Below, piece by piece: positions 1 through 13,769 of a DNA stretch of 64,000 nt. The number at the start of each line of letters is the position of its first letter. Within the stretch, counting starts at the first letter, position 1. A program made the position numbers and the translations under genes. The stretch is from Antedon mediterranea (lineage: Eukaryota > Animalia > Echinodermata), in contig NC_092676.1 in assembly GCF_964355755.1 (NCBI RefSeq), positions 11,633,888-11,697,887 of the forward strand, written 5' to 3'. The notes under the pieces were generated by a model that saw only the letters and a list, made by a program, of their open reading frames with translations, was not told the DNA's origin and did not search any database.

Positions 1-565
1 ACCACATCCGTTTTTTGATCTTTACACCATTTTTCAATTTGTAATTGCTTGGTATTATCACGCAAACCTCGTATATTTAACGAGATACAATGAAAATTTG
101 AATTAAACATTGATCGGTTTATTTAAAGAACCATTGGTAATTATACATACACACATTAATACCAGTATTAAAGGAAAATAGCGAAAGTAGCATGCACAAC
201 TATTATAGTATAACACTCTCACTTTTCTATAGTTACTTGTTTTTTACTTTTACTGGATTTTCTTCTTCTCTTTGAGCCTGGCAAGGTAGGAGAGATGTTT
301 TCCTCGTCATCCTTTTGTTCGTTGGTGTTAATCACTTTTCCCTTTACCTTCTTCTCGCTGGTTGAGGCTTGTTTAAGGAAGTCCGTGATCTTGCCTTGCT
401 TCTCTTGAAGTTCATGCCTTTCACTTTCTTCCTTGTCTTCCTCTTCACTGCCTGTACTTTCCTCCGAGCTTGAAACTTCTTCATTAATAATTTCTTTGTT
501 TTCATGTGTGTTAGCATCTTTCGTATTGTTCTTAACGATGACACGTTCCCACATATCTTGAATTA
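1..565 (-). mobile_element. 5'-truncated Tx1/L1-clade LINE: ORF1 C-terminal tail (219-~565) and start of ORF2 APE endonuclease (ATG at 110), continuing off the window
   Basis: Minus strand from 110 reads MFNSNFHCISLNIRGLRDNTKQLQIEKWCKDQKTDVV, matching the SLNxRGL motif I of LINE endonucleases. The upstream ORF is acidic/basic low complexity, as ORF1 tails often are, and abuts the IS3EU transposase after ...LYFLPE. Confidence 0.7.
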
Positions 566-1534
566 GTTCCGGTAAAAAATACAAAGAATCAGGTCGCCCC
601 TGTACAGTGTCATGTCGTGATTTGCGAATATAGTGAGTGTTCCAATGCTCTTTAACTTCATCAATGCTCTCTTGTAGTAAATCACTAAAACAAAACCACA
701 GGCACTCCTTATGCAGTAAATTAGTAAGGTCAACAACATTATTTTCACAAAGTTCTTTTTAATTAATCCACCAATGTGTGTGACTTCGTCTAAAAAAAGA
801 CCACCATCCTTCTATCCTTTGATTCCTTGGCGAAGGAACATAACGGTGACTACCTTGATCATCTCTAAAAAAGGCTTGCATTGCAGCCATTAAACCATTT
901 TCTGTTCCACGATCAGTAACCAAGTCAATTGGACATCCTGCAGCTTTCTCCACTGCTTCTAAATAACATTTTGCAATATTTGTGGGTAAATTATTTGAGC
1001 GGGTTACATATAACCAAATAATTTTCCTGCTCCAACCGTCAATACAACCATGAATAGGAAAGCCGAAAGGTTTAGTTTGTCATACCCATCACAATGCCAC
1101 GAATGATTCGGTCCGGGATTATGATAAACTCGTCTTTTTAGTCGATGGCGTGCCCTTTCTTGAACACCATCTGGGTCCAGCTCTCGTAGTACTTGTTCGA
1201 CAACCAATCTTGGTACCCGTATACCATTTAATTGCAGTGTGTGCCAAATTGAACGGTAACCTCTCTGACTATCAGGTCCATTCAGTAATGTTTGGATGGA
1301 CTCTGTTATAAAATCAATATCATAATCTGGATTTTTACGTTTAAGTCCTAGACGCTTTATCCTCTTTTTCAACGTACTTAAACTTAATTCTATGCCATGA
1401 TACTTGGACAAAAACAAAAACAAACAGATTTCATCATATATAAAACCTTTGAAAAAATAATATTTGATTAATCCGTCTTCATCAATTTCATCTTCTCCTG
1501 TCTCATCCAGATCACTGTTTACCCTGCCAGTCAT
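566..1534 (-). pseudogene. IS3EU-type DDE integrase-core transposase, frameshifted
   Basis: Motifs GYRSIW, RRVYHNPGPNHSWHCDGYDKL, TDRGTENG, SPRNQRIEGWW and WNTHYIR...GRPDSLYFLPE are spread over several frames. Confidence 0.8.
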
Positions 1535-2068
1535 ATTGCATTACTGTGTACGGCCTATACAGCCTATAAATATGGTCACTTTTTCTTGGCACCTTCACAA
1601 CCAAGACTCTCACATATTCATAATAGTTCCTGAAAATAGAAAATATATTGTGTACTGTATGTATCAAACAATTAATTTACACTTACCTGCTGACAATGCA
1701 ACTGCCTGGACCTGGTTAGTGCTACTTTGCACCGGGTACCCTTTGCACCACATCTCACAAGCTTAACCCAATTTAAAAACAATTATCTGCTGAGCGATTG
1801 TGATGTTGAGTGACCGTCTTATGCCCAGTTAGGTGTCAAAGTATAGTAGTGCCGGCTAGGCCTCTTTATTATTAGCCAAACCATCCATGTTGTTATGCCT
1901 ACTAGGCCTAGGCCTATATATATAGTATACATTCGCTATAATTCATACCTAGACATAGGGCCGTTATTAAGCCTAAACTAGACCTAAGCCTGCTGACAAC
2001 AACCTAAAACCTGCTAAAGCTTTATTATTATTTTTATTATTTATTTATAGAAATGTAGCCTAGCTATG

Positions 2069-5000
2069 GGGTGTCACGAAACCTAAGACCACGAAAGCTA
2101 AGACCCCTAAGACCTAAGATCACGAAAGCTAAGATCCAAGGCCTAAGATTACAAATATTTATCTTTCTCACCTGCCTTGTATTTTAACTCCCAACATTTA
2201 TTTTGAATACCACACCTTAGAATTGGCACTTTTATGAAAAAGAATCACATAAAAAGTAACAAATACATTTTTAAATTGATCATTTTACAGACGTTTTTCT
2301 CGCACACAAACTGTTTGCGAATTTCGCATGACTAGCCTACAGTACAGTAGCAGTAGGCCTACCATGTTCAATGTTTTTGTTTCTATGGAACGTCAAAAGA
2401 GCAAAAATTATATAGAGGGCTGAAAACTCTGTGGAGTGCATCTACAGTGTGGATGGAACAATGTAAAATTAAAATTATAATGATAATAGTATAATCATGC
2501 AAGTACGAAGAAATAAATACTGGCAAATAAATTTTAATTTAAAAATCATGATTTGTTTCGTTTTCTTTCTGTTTTTATACTTGTACTATTATAGTTGCTC
2601 TTTTGGCGCTCCATAGAAACAAAAACATTGAGCATGCATGATCATTTTTAGGTTTACATGAAATGAATGGAAGTATATCAGCGGTGAATGTGAAGCAAAA
2701 CCTACAGGTCACAACAGAAATTAATAATATCTTCATTGCGTTTTGTCATAAGAATAAGATTGTTTACCACTACAAACCATTTTCTAAAATAATGCAGTAA
2801 TAATGAAGTAATAAAACAGTAACAAGGAGCAAGTGTGTAAAATGAAATTACAAATTTTCTAAATAGAAAATTTGTGTTCATTCATATCAAAAATTGTGAA
2901 TGTGGAAAATGAATGTTGATTGTTTAGACAGGCTAAATTATTAATTGCAACATTGAAGTTATTAATTACACTATAATTACATATATAGGCCTAAAATGCC
3001 AACCAAGGCTTTACCATAAATTTGTATTTAATGATATAGAATATAGAATTTTTAACTTTAAAGTGAGTTACCTGAATATTATTATTATTAAAATATTAAA
3101 AATGTTGTTCTTGTGCAACAACAAACAAGGTGAGGTGTGTGTAGGCCTAGTTAGAACTTAGAAGAATAGGCCTCTAAAGCCCTTTTCTCACAGAGCTGAG
3201 TGCCAGGAATATTGCGGGAATATACCATTACCATGCCGGTATGGTTTTCTGTGAGAACGGGTCGTCTTGGCATCATGCCGGCACCATGCCGGCATCAACA
3301 TGACCTGCTTTAGACCTAGTAATATTCTAGGGATATTCCCCGCAATGCCAGACGGGCATTCTGTGAGAACGTAACGCCGTTATATTCCGGGGTTCCTTGT
3401 CGAGGCTTCAGACACCTTGCGCGGTCAAGTGTATCACTTTGGCGCCGATTCAATTCAATTAACAATAATAATGTCGAACTGGAGGGATAATGAGATAAGA
3501 GAGCTGCTTAAAATAAGGGGACAAGAAGAAATTTGTAGCATAATCTATAGCAGGCCTACTAGCCTAGGCCATATAGCTCTTTGTTGGTGCCTAACTAGCC
3601 TGACCCTTCGTCGCCTTGTAAATTGTACAGCCTTCTAAGGTGTTTTACAGATTGCCGATTGACGGCTAATTAATTGCTGTACCTGTATAATATATGCACA
3701 ATATACTGTACATAGCATGTATTGCATAAATATGCTATAAAGGAAGATAATAATCTGTAACCTAACATTCGCCGCCATATATCCCTAGACAAAAATAATA
3801 ACAATATAGGACGCCCTCAATAATTATTTTGTCAGAGACTTTTTATTGGCCGAGTATGCCCGACTCCTTTCTCACAGAAAGCCGGTATATACCGGTTATA
3901 TTTCAGGCACGATAGTCCGATGAGAATGGGTATATGCCGGTAACGATACCGGCACGACTCCAGCACCGTACCGGTATATTGCAGACACATCTGTGAGAAA
4001 GGGGCTTAAGTCTACTCTCTAGGCTAGTACATCTTTTTGGAGGTATCAAAAATTGTTTATTCTGTAACTCCATGGGCTAGACTAGGCCTAATTATTTTGT
4101 GTGATGACCTTTATTATTATTAGTAAGAGTAGGCGAGCTGCAGAGGCTCCTGTGTGTGTTGGGGGCCTAATAGGCTAGCTAGCTAAGCCTACTACTATAG
4201 TATAGGGCCTATATATCATATGGTCCATGGAGGTTTTATTTCCAGGGCATAACGTATTTACCTGATCTAATGTAATAAATAGCGAAATATTGGCTACATG
4301 CCTTGATCAGTATAAATATTGAGTTTTTTTCTTTCTTATTTCACTGACTGTTTCTGCTATCTGATAGCCTCGGTTCCACGGTGTAGGTGGTTACCGAATA
4401 GCTTCGTGTTCTTGCGCGCGATACAACACATGTCATGATGGTACCGCGGAAAAAGTAAACAACCTGGCCTAGGAACCCGCTAGGCGGCGCGATGCAATAT
4501 GAACGTACTTTAGTTTGAATAGTCGGATTTGCGTCCCAACTACTCGATTTTTAATCCCAATATTTCAAAATGTAGTTTATAAATTTGTTCAACAGGGATT
4601 TTAAATTCGAGGTGGTTCATTTTTGATAAATATTTTAATTAAGTGGTTTTTTAAGGCACTAATTCAATAAAAAAATTAAACACGAATTGTCCCTTAAATT
4701 TCAGATTTTTGTATGGATGAAAATTCTTTAAAAAATTGTTACCATATAATTTAATCCTTTGAAAATATATTCCATTTTCAAGTTTTTTTATTTTTAATAG
4801 TAATTTTACATGATATCCTTTCTCCTGAACCCTACAAATTTCTGTATTTTGAACAAATTTGAAAAAATACGGCGCCCTCTCTTAGACGAAAATTTGTTCG
4901 ATTTGTCGAGTGGCTTTCCCACTGCATGGGGGGAGCTCGAGGAGTTACAGTATACAAAGAAACATGTCTGTAAAATCATCAATTTAAAGGATTTATTTAT

Positions 5001-5440
5001 TTGTTTTTATGTGTTTCTCCGTCTGAAAGTACTTATAAATCCTAATTTTAAAGTGTGGTATTCAGGATAAAGTTAGTCAACAAATTTGGAGTCAAAATAC
5101 AAGAAAGGCAGGTGCGTAAGAAAAACATCCTCTGAACCAACACAATGGAGTAAATATATACCAACAAACAACCCGTCAAGTTTGTTTGTTGTAAAGAAAA
5201 AATATACATTTACTCAACGGGCGAAAATAATGTGAGTTTATCTATGTTTTGCGGTAGTATTTAATTATTTATGGTAATAAATGAAACCTACTGTGTTTAA
5301 AATTATGTATGGATAAACAAGTATTGTTTTTAAGCTGTAGTATATCTTAGAATTTGTAATCTTAGGTCTTGGGTCTTAGCTTTCGTGATCTTAGGTCTTA
5401 GGGGGTCTTAGCTTTCGTGGTCTTAGGTTTCGTGACACCC
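2069..5440. mobile_element. Non-autonomous MULE-like TIR element, copy 1, with nested inserts
   Basis: ~85-bp TIR GGGTGTCACGAAACCTAAGACC...; imperfect 10-bp TSD cctagctatg/cctagcgatt; an uninterrupted copy lies at 53908-54981. Confidence 0.8.
3178..4006 (+). mobile_element. Non-autonomous PIF/Harbinger element with Myb/SANT-like fragment
   Basis: TIR AGCCCYTTTCTCACAGA, TAA TSD on both sides; internal MSNWRDNEIRELLKIR resembles the start of a Harbinger Myb/SANT protein. Confidence 0.85.
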
Positions 5441-7634
5441 CCTAGCGATTCCCTACTACTAGGCCTAGCCTAGTTTTACTAAGTCTAAGGCCTAGCTAGG
5501 CCTGTAAAAGCTAGCCTAGCTACTAGGCCTAGATAGAGTATACAGTAGGCTAGGCCTACTGTAAAAAAAACTTGTTAATGTTAATATAAAAAAAAGATTA
5601 CTGTAAAAATATTAAAACATTGTAGAATGTAGTGCCTAGGCCTACCTTGTAAACCCGGCCTAGGCAGTTCAAGAAGAGTGCAATAAACACGTACGTCGTA
5701 ACTGCTGCAGTTAAATACACTAATATATTAATTATTATTTACATCAATGCACAAATAATTACTTACCTCAGAAAAAATCGAAGATTCCAGGGGTTTTACT
5801 TCCGCCGTTGTAACTCACTTCCGCCGTGGCTTTCTGTAATTTGCCGTGGTGTTTCAATACTAATTTGCTGTGGCGTTTCATTTTTAAGTTGCCGTGGTAT
5901 TTTTGTTAAATTGCCGTGGTGTTTTATTTCTAAATTGCCGTGATGTCTTATTTTTAATTTGCCGTGGCTTTTTTCAAATTGCCGTGGCTTTTTTCAAATT
6001 GCCGTGGCTTTTTTTGAAACAATTGCCGTGATATTTTATGAAAGTTGCCGTGACACTTATAGGCCACCGTACATTTCTACTTTGATAAATTACGGTGTAC
6101 TTTTGTAGTATGATTTAAAGATGTATTGTCCCTTGAAACACAAAAAATGAAGGTCAAAATATTCTAAATCTAAATTGGCCATATCAAAGTAATGTCGAAA
6201 ATTCGAGCCAAAAACGACAAGTTTACGTAATTAACAGGTAAATTAATTTGATTACATTTCGTCTGAAAAATCGTCGCGAGCGAAAGTAAACAAAGATTTC
6301 AAACCACGAGTATGCATTATGCATGATGCTAATTGGGATTGTTTACAACTCGTCACAGTTGAGAAGGTGTTTTTTCACACAGATCGCAAGGAAGTTTTAT
6401 GATTATGCATACAGTCGAGAAGCCAAACAAGGAGACGGGTTGGTGAATTTTGTCCAAGATGGGGAAATTTCTGTCCAGAATGGGGAAATATTTTGTCCAG
6501 AATAAGGACAAAAGCGATAGGTGGCGCTATAATCGTGTCCAAGATGGGGAAATTTCTGTCCAAGATGGGGAAGTGGTGGCGCTATATCGTGTCCAAAATG
6601 GGGAAATTTCTGTCCAGGATGGGGAAGTGGTGGCGCTATATCGTGTCCAAAATGGGGAAATTTCTGTCCAGGATGGGGAAGTGGTGGCGCTATATCGTGT
6701 CCAAAATGGGGAAATTTCTGTCCAGGATGGGGAAGTGGTGGCGCTATATCGTGTCCAAAATGGGGAAATTTCTGTCCAGGATGGGCTTATGCTGTGTCAA
6801 AAATAGGCAAGCTGTCCATATAGAGAAATCAGATTTGTCCAAAATGGGGAAATTTCTGTCCAGGATGGGGAAGTGGTGGCGCTATATTGTGTCCAAAATG
6901 GGGACATTTGTGTACAGGATGGGGAAATGCTGTGTCAAAAATAGAGAAGCTGTCCAATATAGAGAAATCCGATTTGTCCAAAATGAAGAAATTTCTGTCC
7001 AGAATGGGGAAATACTGTGTCTAAAATAGCGAAGCTGTCCAATATAGAGAAATTCGATTTGTCCAAAATGGGGATTTCTGTCCAGGATGGGGAAGTGCTG
7101 TGTCCAAAATAAAGAAGCTGTCCAATATAGATAAATCCGATTTGTCCGAAATGGGGAAATTTCTGTCTAAGATGGGGAAGTGCTGTGTCCAAAATAGAGC
7201 TGTCCAATATAGAGAAATCCGATTTGTCCAAAATGGGTAAATTTTGTCCAGAATAGAGAAGGGCTGTGTCCAAAATAGAGAAACTGTCCAATATATAGAA
7301 ATCCGATTTGTCCAAAGTGTTTTCTAAAATAGAGACATTTTCAGCAGAAAAATATAATTTTGACAAATTTCTCCAGAATAGAGAAGTGCTGTGTCCAAAT
7401 TAGAGAAACTACAGTATCCAAGGCCTAATAAATTCAATTTTTCCGAATTGTATAAAAGAGAAACTGTCAAATATGTAGAGAAATTCAGAAATGTTCAAAA
7501 CGAGGAAAGTTTTTGTCAAGATTAGCGCTACATCGTGTCGAAAATCTGTCCCGCATATAGAGACTATCCAATATAATAGGGAATGTCTCAGTTATGGAAG
7601 CATTCAATTAATATTTAAGACGTATGGTACAGTA

Positions 7635-7840
7635 GGCCTGTCACACCAAAATCAGTCCGGGCCAAAATCGGTCCGGCGGACCAGTTTTGGCTGCCAAAAT
7701 CAGTCCGGAGGACCATTTATGGTTATGGCTGCCAAAACCTGTCCGGCCGGACCAATTTTGGCCGCCAAAACTGGTCCGGCCAGGATAAAATCGGTCCGGG
7801 TAGTAGGACTGTTTTTGGCCGCCAAATATGGTCCGGTCTT
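7635..7840. repeat. CCAAAA..GGTCCGG short repeat cluster, probably an orphan DNA-transposon end
   Basis: About ten direct and inverted copies of ccaaaaNNggtccgg; no partner end found. Confidence 0.5.
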
Positions 7841-8359
7841 ACAAATATATGGTGCGCAAAATGAGTCATAATGTATATATCATTAAAAAAAAGCCATGAT
7901 TAGTCATTATATTGAAAACTACGGTTTTATTTGTTATTTTAATATTATAAATTAAGCCTGTTTTTTTTATTATCATTATTAGTAGTAACTCATCAATAAT
8001 TAGTACTAATTGTTAGGCTTTTTGTATACAATATGTATCTCTGCCTGTTTTTAATCTATTTTGTTCTTTTTTAACATCTTCGTTTCCCCATGATGTTAAA
8101 AACAATTTAATTATTAAATATTATTATTATTAACTATTTATGGTTAATCAATCACTATATAAGTTCAATACAATTATTATAAAACAATTATCCAATATTG
8201 ATTAGGCTGAGGAAGGAAAAAGGCCTCAATCATAAATAAAATCTAGCTGGCAATATCAGCGTCTCATACCCGTTCATGTGAGTGTGTGGCAGGCCGAAAT
8301 ATGAGTGAACACCTAAGTCATGTTTGTAGATAAAATACATTTATTTATATATATATAAA

Positions 8360-10570
8360 CTTTATTTAGACACGAGACTGATGTGCAGTACAACTCGTTC
8401 AATCAATATTGATTGTTTTTACACAAGTTCGTGATACTGTATTACAAAACAAAACAAAATCAACACCATATAAATACAACAGAAACGAAAAAAATTGAAA
8501 TTGAAAAGAAACAAAATTACAGCAGAATCCCCTTCATCTGACACCTCTATTTAGGGTACACCATACCGGTACTTCCCGTGTAAACGGGAACCCTTATCGA
8601 TGTGTATAATTCATGGGGATTCAACTGTAATACATAATAAATCTTTTGGATTTCATTGACGTTAAAATAATAGTGATAAAACACACATTTTACATAGTAT
8701 TTAGCCATTTTAAAAGTTGGATGTAGATCGTAGATTACCATACCATTATGTTTTACAATGCATTTTTCAGATACGTTTTAAACAACTTAACTGAATTTGG
8801 AAGGGTATCAACATTGAGACTATTCCATATAATTGCTCCACGATAAGACAGACTTCGTTTTTTAAAATCGGTTTTTGGCTTTGGGATGAATAGATGTGTA
8901 TCACTGTTCCTTAGATTATAATTTATATCATTGAATGTAAATACATTATTTAGGTAAGGTGGGGCATTATCTGTCAAAACCTTATATATAACCATACAAC
9001 ATTCATATCTATCTTGATAAAATAAAGGTGACCAATTAATTTGCCTTAGTGCCTCACTACTAGGTGTGTGTCCCATGTTAGACCACACACGATTCGAGCT
9101 GTTCTGTTTTGGATAGTTTGAACTCTTTTCATTAGAGTTTGACTACTATTTCCCCAAATTATGTTACAATAGCTCAAGTAAGGTATTACAATAGAGTTTG
9201 CAATATGTTTTAATGTGTTTTGTGGAAAATAATAGCTACATCGTCTAAGCATACCCAATCCATTTAGAGCTTTACTTCGAATGTATTCAATCTGATTTTT
9301 CCATGATAAATGTTCGTCTATTATGATACCGAGATGTTTGCAATATAGAACGCGTGGTACAACATCGTTATCTATATTAACTGATCTATTTTTTTCTTTG
9401 GTGGTTGCCAATCGGTTTGTCGATCCGATCAACATGAACTCGGATTTAGAGACATTTAGACTCAATTTATTATTTTTTTTATTTTTAAGTTCTTCATTTA
9501 TACTTTGGTATATTTCATTTTCATTTTTTGAAGAACAATAAATTATAGTATCGTCAGCATACATACTTATTTTACATTTGTTTGCAACTTTCGATAGGTC
9601 ATTTATATATAAGAGGAAAGCAAGTGGGCCCACGATTGACCCCTGAGGCACTCCACATTGGATGTGTGTATAGTCAGACAATGTATTATTTACATTTGTG
9701 AATTGCTTTCGCTCAGACAGATAGCTCTCGAACCATTTTAAAACATATTTACTTAAACCATAAAGTCTCAATTGGCTTAATAGTATGTTATGGTTTACCG
9801 TATCAAAGGCCTTTTTAAAATCTAGTAAACAGATTCCGACCAGCTTACCCTCGTCTATTGCACTATACCAGTCTTCCGTCACTTTTGTAAGTGCAGTAGA
9901 TGTTGAGTATGATGGTCGAAAACCTGATTGATTTATACATAACAGATTATTATTATTCAAAAAAGCATAAAGTTGATTAAAAACGACTCGTTCAATTATT
10001 TTTGAAAGTATAGGTAGGACGGAAATGGTACGATAATTATTAGGGTTAGTTTTTTCACCATTCTTAAAAATTGGCGTGACCTTTGCTATTTTCCACGTAT
10101 TTGGGAATTTACATGTTGTGAAGGAGTGATTTATGATTCTTGTAATTGTTGGGGATATAATCGGGGCAGACAGTTTTAGAATGCCCGGTGGTAAGTTATC
10201 ATGACCAGTGGCTTTGTTTTTTGAAAGATTATTTAAGTATTTATATACAAATTCACATGTGATGTGTTCGAATTCAAAATTATTTTCGGTGAAAGCATCG
10301 ATTTCATCATAATTTATATCATTTATCGGCTCATGTATTTGTGATGCAAGATTTGAACCTATATTTGAGAAAAATGTAATAATTTCATTTGCGATGTCCT
10401 TGGCTTTATAGAGGACATCGCCATTATCATTGCAAATTGTTTGAATAGTTTGAGTTTTCTTTTTTGACGATATAATATATCTTATGGTATCCCATGTTTT
10501 TTTACATCGTTTTTATTTTCTTTTATACTTTCTTGAATAAAATTAGCTTTACTTTTACGTATTAATTTAT
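8360..10570 (-). mobile_element. 5'-truncated CR1/L2-group LINE (RT pseudogene)
   Basis: QSGFRP, LDFKKAFDTVNH, GVPQGSIVGP, MYADDT, HLGIIID; upstream frames carry KATGHD and WKIAKVTPIFK, with disruptions. Confidence 0.9.
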
Positions 10571-10917
10571 TGCACATAAAATTATTATCTATTAATTTAA
10601 TTAATGAACTATAAACGTGAATTTGAGTATTTTACTTTGAAATAAAAAAACAATCACCGTATCCTGATGATAAAATAATAAATAAATCCATATCCTAGTA
10701 AAATATTTTCATTTTATTACAATTCTATGTAATTTTATTAGAATAAGTAGTCACATCATTTTCATTGTTTTTTTTTTGTATTAACAGGTGCTTTTGATTG
10801 GTTATTTGTTATTCGTAGGGCCACTGATAAAGTTTTGCAAGAGGAACTCTTGTCAGTACCGGTAGATTTTGTAATGTAATGTTTGTATTGAATAGGCTAC
10901 TGTAATCATTGATTGTT

Positions 10918-12420
10918 TATTAATTAATACCCGCGGTCTGTGGTAAAAAAAAAATAAATAAATAAATAAAAAACAAAGAAAGAAAAAAAAAATAAATAAA
11001 AAGGATAAAAAGAAGGAAAAGAAGCGACAATCTGTATTAATTATATTAATAAATATCCTGTAGGCCTACTCTTTCTTGATGTGGTACTACTTTCTTTTGT
11101 GGTTTTTATTGTTGGAATTTAATATAATATACTGTAGTTTTTAACGATTAACATAAGTAGACATAATAAATCAGCATAGCAATTCACTCCCTGGTAAATT
11201 TAAAGGAATCCACATTGATAGAATAGTTGCTCACTAATAACATTTGTATAGACACAAAGTTTTTGAGAGAAATGTAACAAAAAAATAAATCTAATTGAGC
11301 ATGATAAACCTTACAGAAAATGCGAAGCACTGGCTGTAATCATATTTTAATATCAACATAATTATTAGCCCTAAACTATGCCTATTTGGAGTAGGAAATA
11401 ACGCAATTAAAAGCACTAATGTTACTAATATGCAAACACTCGTATACTATTGTAAAATGAGAAAAATTAGGCCAAATATTGCACGATTTGTCAATGATAT
11501 CACTTTGTTTATAGCTGGAAATTAATGATTCGGCGTGTACGTTTGATTTTAAACCATTGAGTTACTATAATAACTCAAGGATTCCATCATGTGGTCGAAA
11601 TTCCATGTGGAATTACTGCATGTGACGGTAGATTAATACCCGCGGTCTGTGGTAAAAAAAATAAAATAAAAAATAAAGAAAAAAAATAAAAAAAAGAAAA
11701 AGGATAAAAAGAAGGAAAAGAAGCGACAACCTGTATTAATTATATTAATAAATATCCTGCACTCTTTCTTGATGTGGTATAATGATGTCGGTGCCTGTAC
11801 TACTTTCTGTTGTGGTTTTTATGGTTGGAATTTAATATAATATACTGTAGTTTTTAACGTTAGATAAAAATGTATAGAATCAGTGTAAATTTACTTTAGA
11901 GGTAAATTGGAACCATTTCACTCAATAAATGTTCATTATACTTAAAAATAGCTGATAAAGGTGTCACATATTTACCAACCTGTACTTTGAAACTGTTTCC
12001 AGGCTGAGTACCGTAATTATTTTAAGGGGATAAGAGCCTATTTTGAGCCTGAATTTTACCTGTGGGACGATAGATTAATACTCGTGGTCTGTGGTCGAAA
12101 AAAAGGTTAAAAAAAAGATAAAAAGGTAGAGATAGAGAAGGAAATAAAAAGAAATTGAAGATGATAAAAAAAAAGAAGTGACAACCTGTATTAATTATAT
12201 TAATAAATATCCTGTACTCTTTCTTGATGTGGTATAATAAGGGCGGTGACGGTACTACCTTCTGTTGTGGTTTTTATGGTTGGAATTTAATATAATATAC
12301 TGTAGTTTTTAACGTCAGATAAATGTATACATTCAGTGAAAATTTACTTTAGAAGTAAATTGGAACCACATCCCTCACTAAATGTTTATTATACTTAAAA
12401 TTAGCTGATAACGGTGTTAA
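10918..12420. repeat. Three diverged tandem copies of a module starting ATTAATACCCGCGGTCTGTGGT
   Basis: Copies start at ~10920, ~11630 and ~12072 and share an A-rich tract and GACAACCTGTATTAATTATATTAATAAATATCCTG...TACTGTAGTTTTTAACG. Confidence 0.8.
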
Positions 12421-13769
12421 TTATTTAATTAATAGAACACTTTTCCACTTCAAATGTACTTTTAAAGTGTTAACATAGTACTGTTATTATTGTGTACATT
12501 TTGTAATGTTTTCAGATTAGAAGTGTGAACTTAATTAAAGTTTTTAAAACAAAAAAAAGTTTCTTATGTTGTGTTAATGTTTTGCCTTCTCTATATTGTA
12601 CAGCTTCCCTATTTTAGACACAGTATTTCCCCATTTTGGACAGAAATGTCTTTATTTTGGACAAATCGGATTTCTCTATATTGGACAGCTTCACCATCTT
12701 GGACACAGCACTTCCCCATTCTGGACAGAAATTTCCCCATCCTGGACAGAAATTTCCCCATTTTGGACAAATCTGATTTCTCTATATGGACAGCTTGCCT
12801 ATTTTTGACACAGCATAAGCCCATCCTGGACAGAAATTTCCCCATTTTGGACACGATATAGCGCCACCACTTCCCCATCCTGGACAGAAATTTCCCCATT
12901 TTGGACACGATATAGCGCCACCACTTCCCCATCCTGGACAGAAATTTTCCCTTTTTGGACACGATATAGCGCCACCACTTCCCCATCTTGGACAGAAATT
13001 TCCCCATTTTGGACAAATCGGATTTCTCTATATTGGACAGCTTCCCCATCTTGGACACGATTATAGCGCCACCTATCGCTTTTGTCCTTATTCTGGACAA
13101 AATATTTCCCCATTCTGGACAGAAATTTCCCCATCTTGGACAAAATTCACCACACCTATTGCAAACAAGTGCGTTGCATTATGAGATATGTTTTGATCGA
13201 AAACTTTGACTGGAAGTCAAAGTTATTTTTTGAACAAAAAAACGTCTTATTTCAGTTAAATGATTTTGTTTTCAACTAATTTTTGGTGAAAGCTAATAAC
13301 TATTATGATACTTTAAAATGACCAACTTTTTTTTCAAAATATTTATTTTTTATTTTTTTGGAATTAGTCAAAGGGAAAATACATCTTTAAGGCTTTATTT
13401 CAATTGCCATATACAATTAATAAGAAATAACACGAGGTCAAAAGATGGAGATATAAATTAATAAATATAAAAAATGATCAAGGGAATTTTCCATCGAGGG
13501 TATTAAAAAGAAAATATCCGGCACGGGTCATATACTGGATACTTTTTTAAAAGCATAACATGACACAGGCGTACATGCAGCGCATAGGCTATAAAAGTGT
13601 TTAAATTTCATATAAATATTATTTTGATGATTTGCATCTCTAAGTATGATTATTAAGAATGTCTATTTTAATTCAATTTAAGTTTCATCTTACTCAATGA
13701 CAGATTCATCTTTTTAGCATGCTCATTTTACTGCTCTAATTGTGTTCCAATATAACATATGGCATATGG

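Larger units (their letters stand above)
566..6071 (-). mobile_element. IS3EU DNA transposon, 5' part
   Basis: The minus strand begins TACGGTGGCC at 6071 (TAYGG terminus), followed by a subterminal array of about a dozen TTGCCGTGG motifs (5800-6052) and the co-oriented transposase. Confidence 0.7.
6432..13161. mobile_element. Foldback element with long, internally repetitive TIRs
   Basis: ~6439-7040 is the reverse complement of ~12590-13152; arrays of TGTCCARRATGGGGAA (54-bp dimer); 8-bp TSD CAAACAAG, which is single-copy in the empty Kolobok. Confidence 0.8.
6120..13386. mobile_element. Kolobok-type non-autonomous element expanded by a nested foldback
   Basis: TTAA|AGATGTATT...AATACATCT|TTAA; an empty ~490-bp copy lies in the opposite orientation at 34460-34952. 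Confidence 0.8.

Noticed and set aside
219-584. Single 121-aa protein
   Set aside because: It is a chimera across the junction of the IS3EU transposase and a LINE ORF1 tail.
6323-7366. Repetitive ORFs (QDGEVVALYRV..., SKMGKFL...) and their mirrors at 12571-13279
   Set aside because: They are translations of the 54-bp tandem repeat, open in several frames on both strands.
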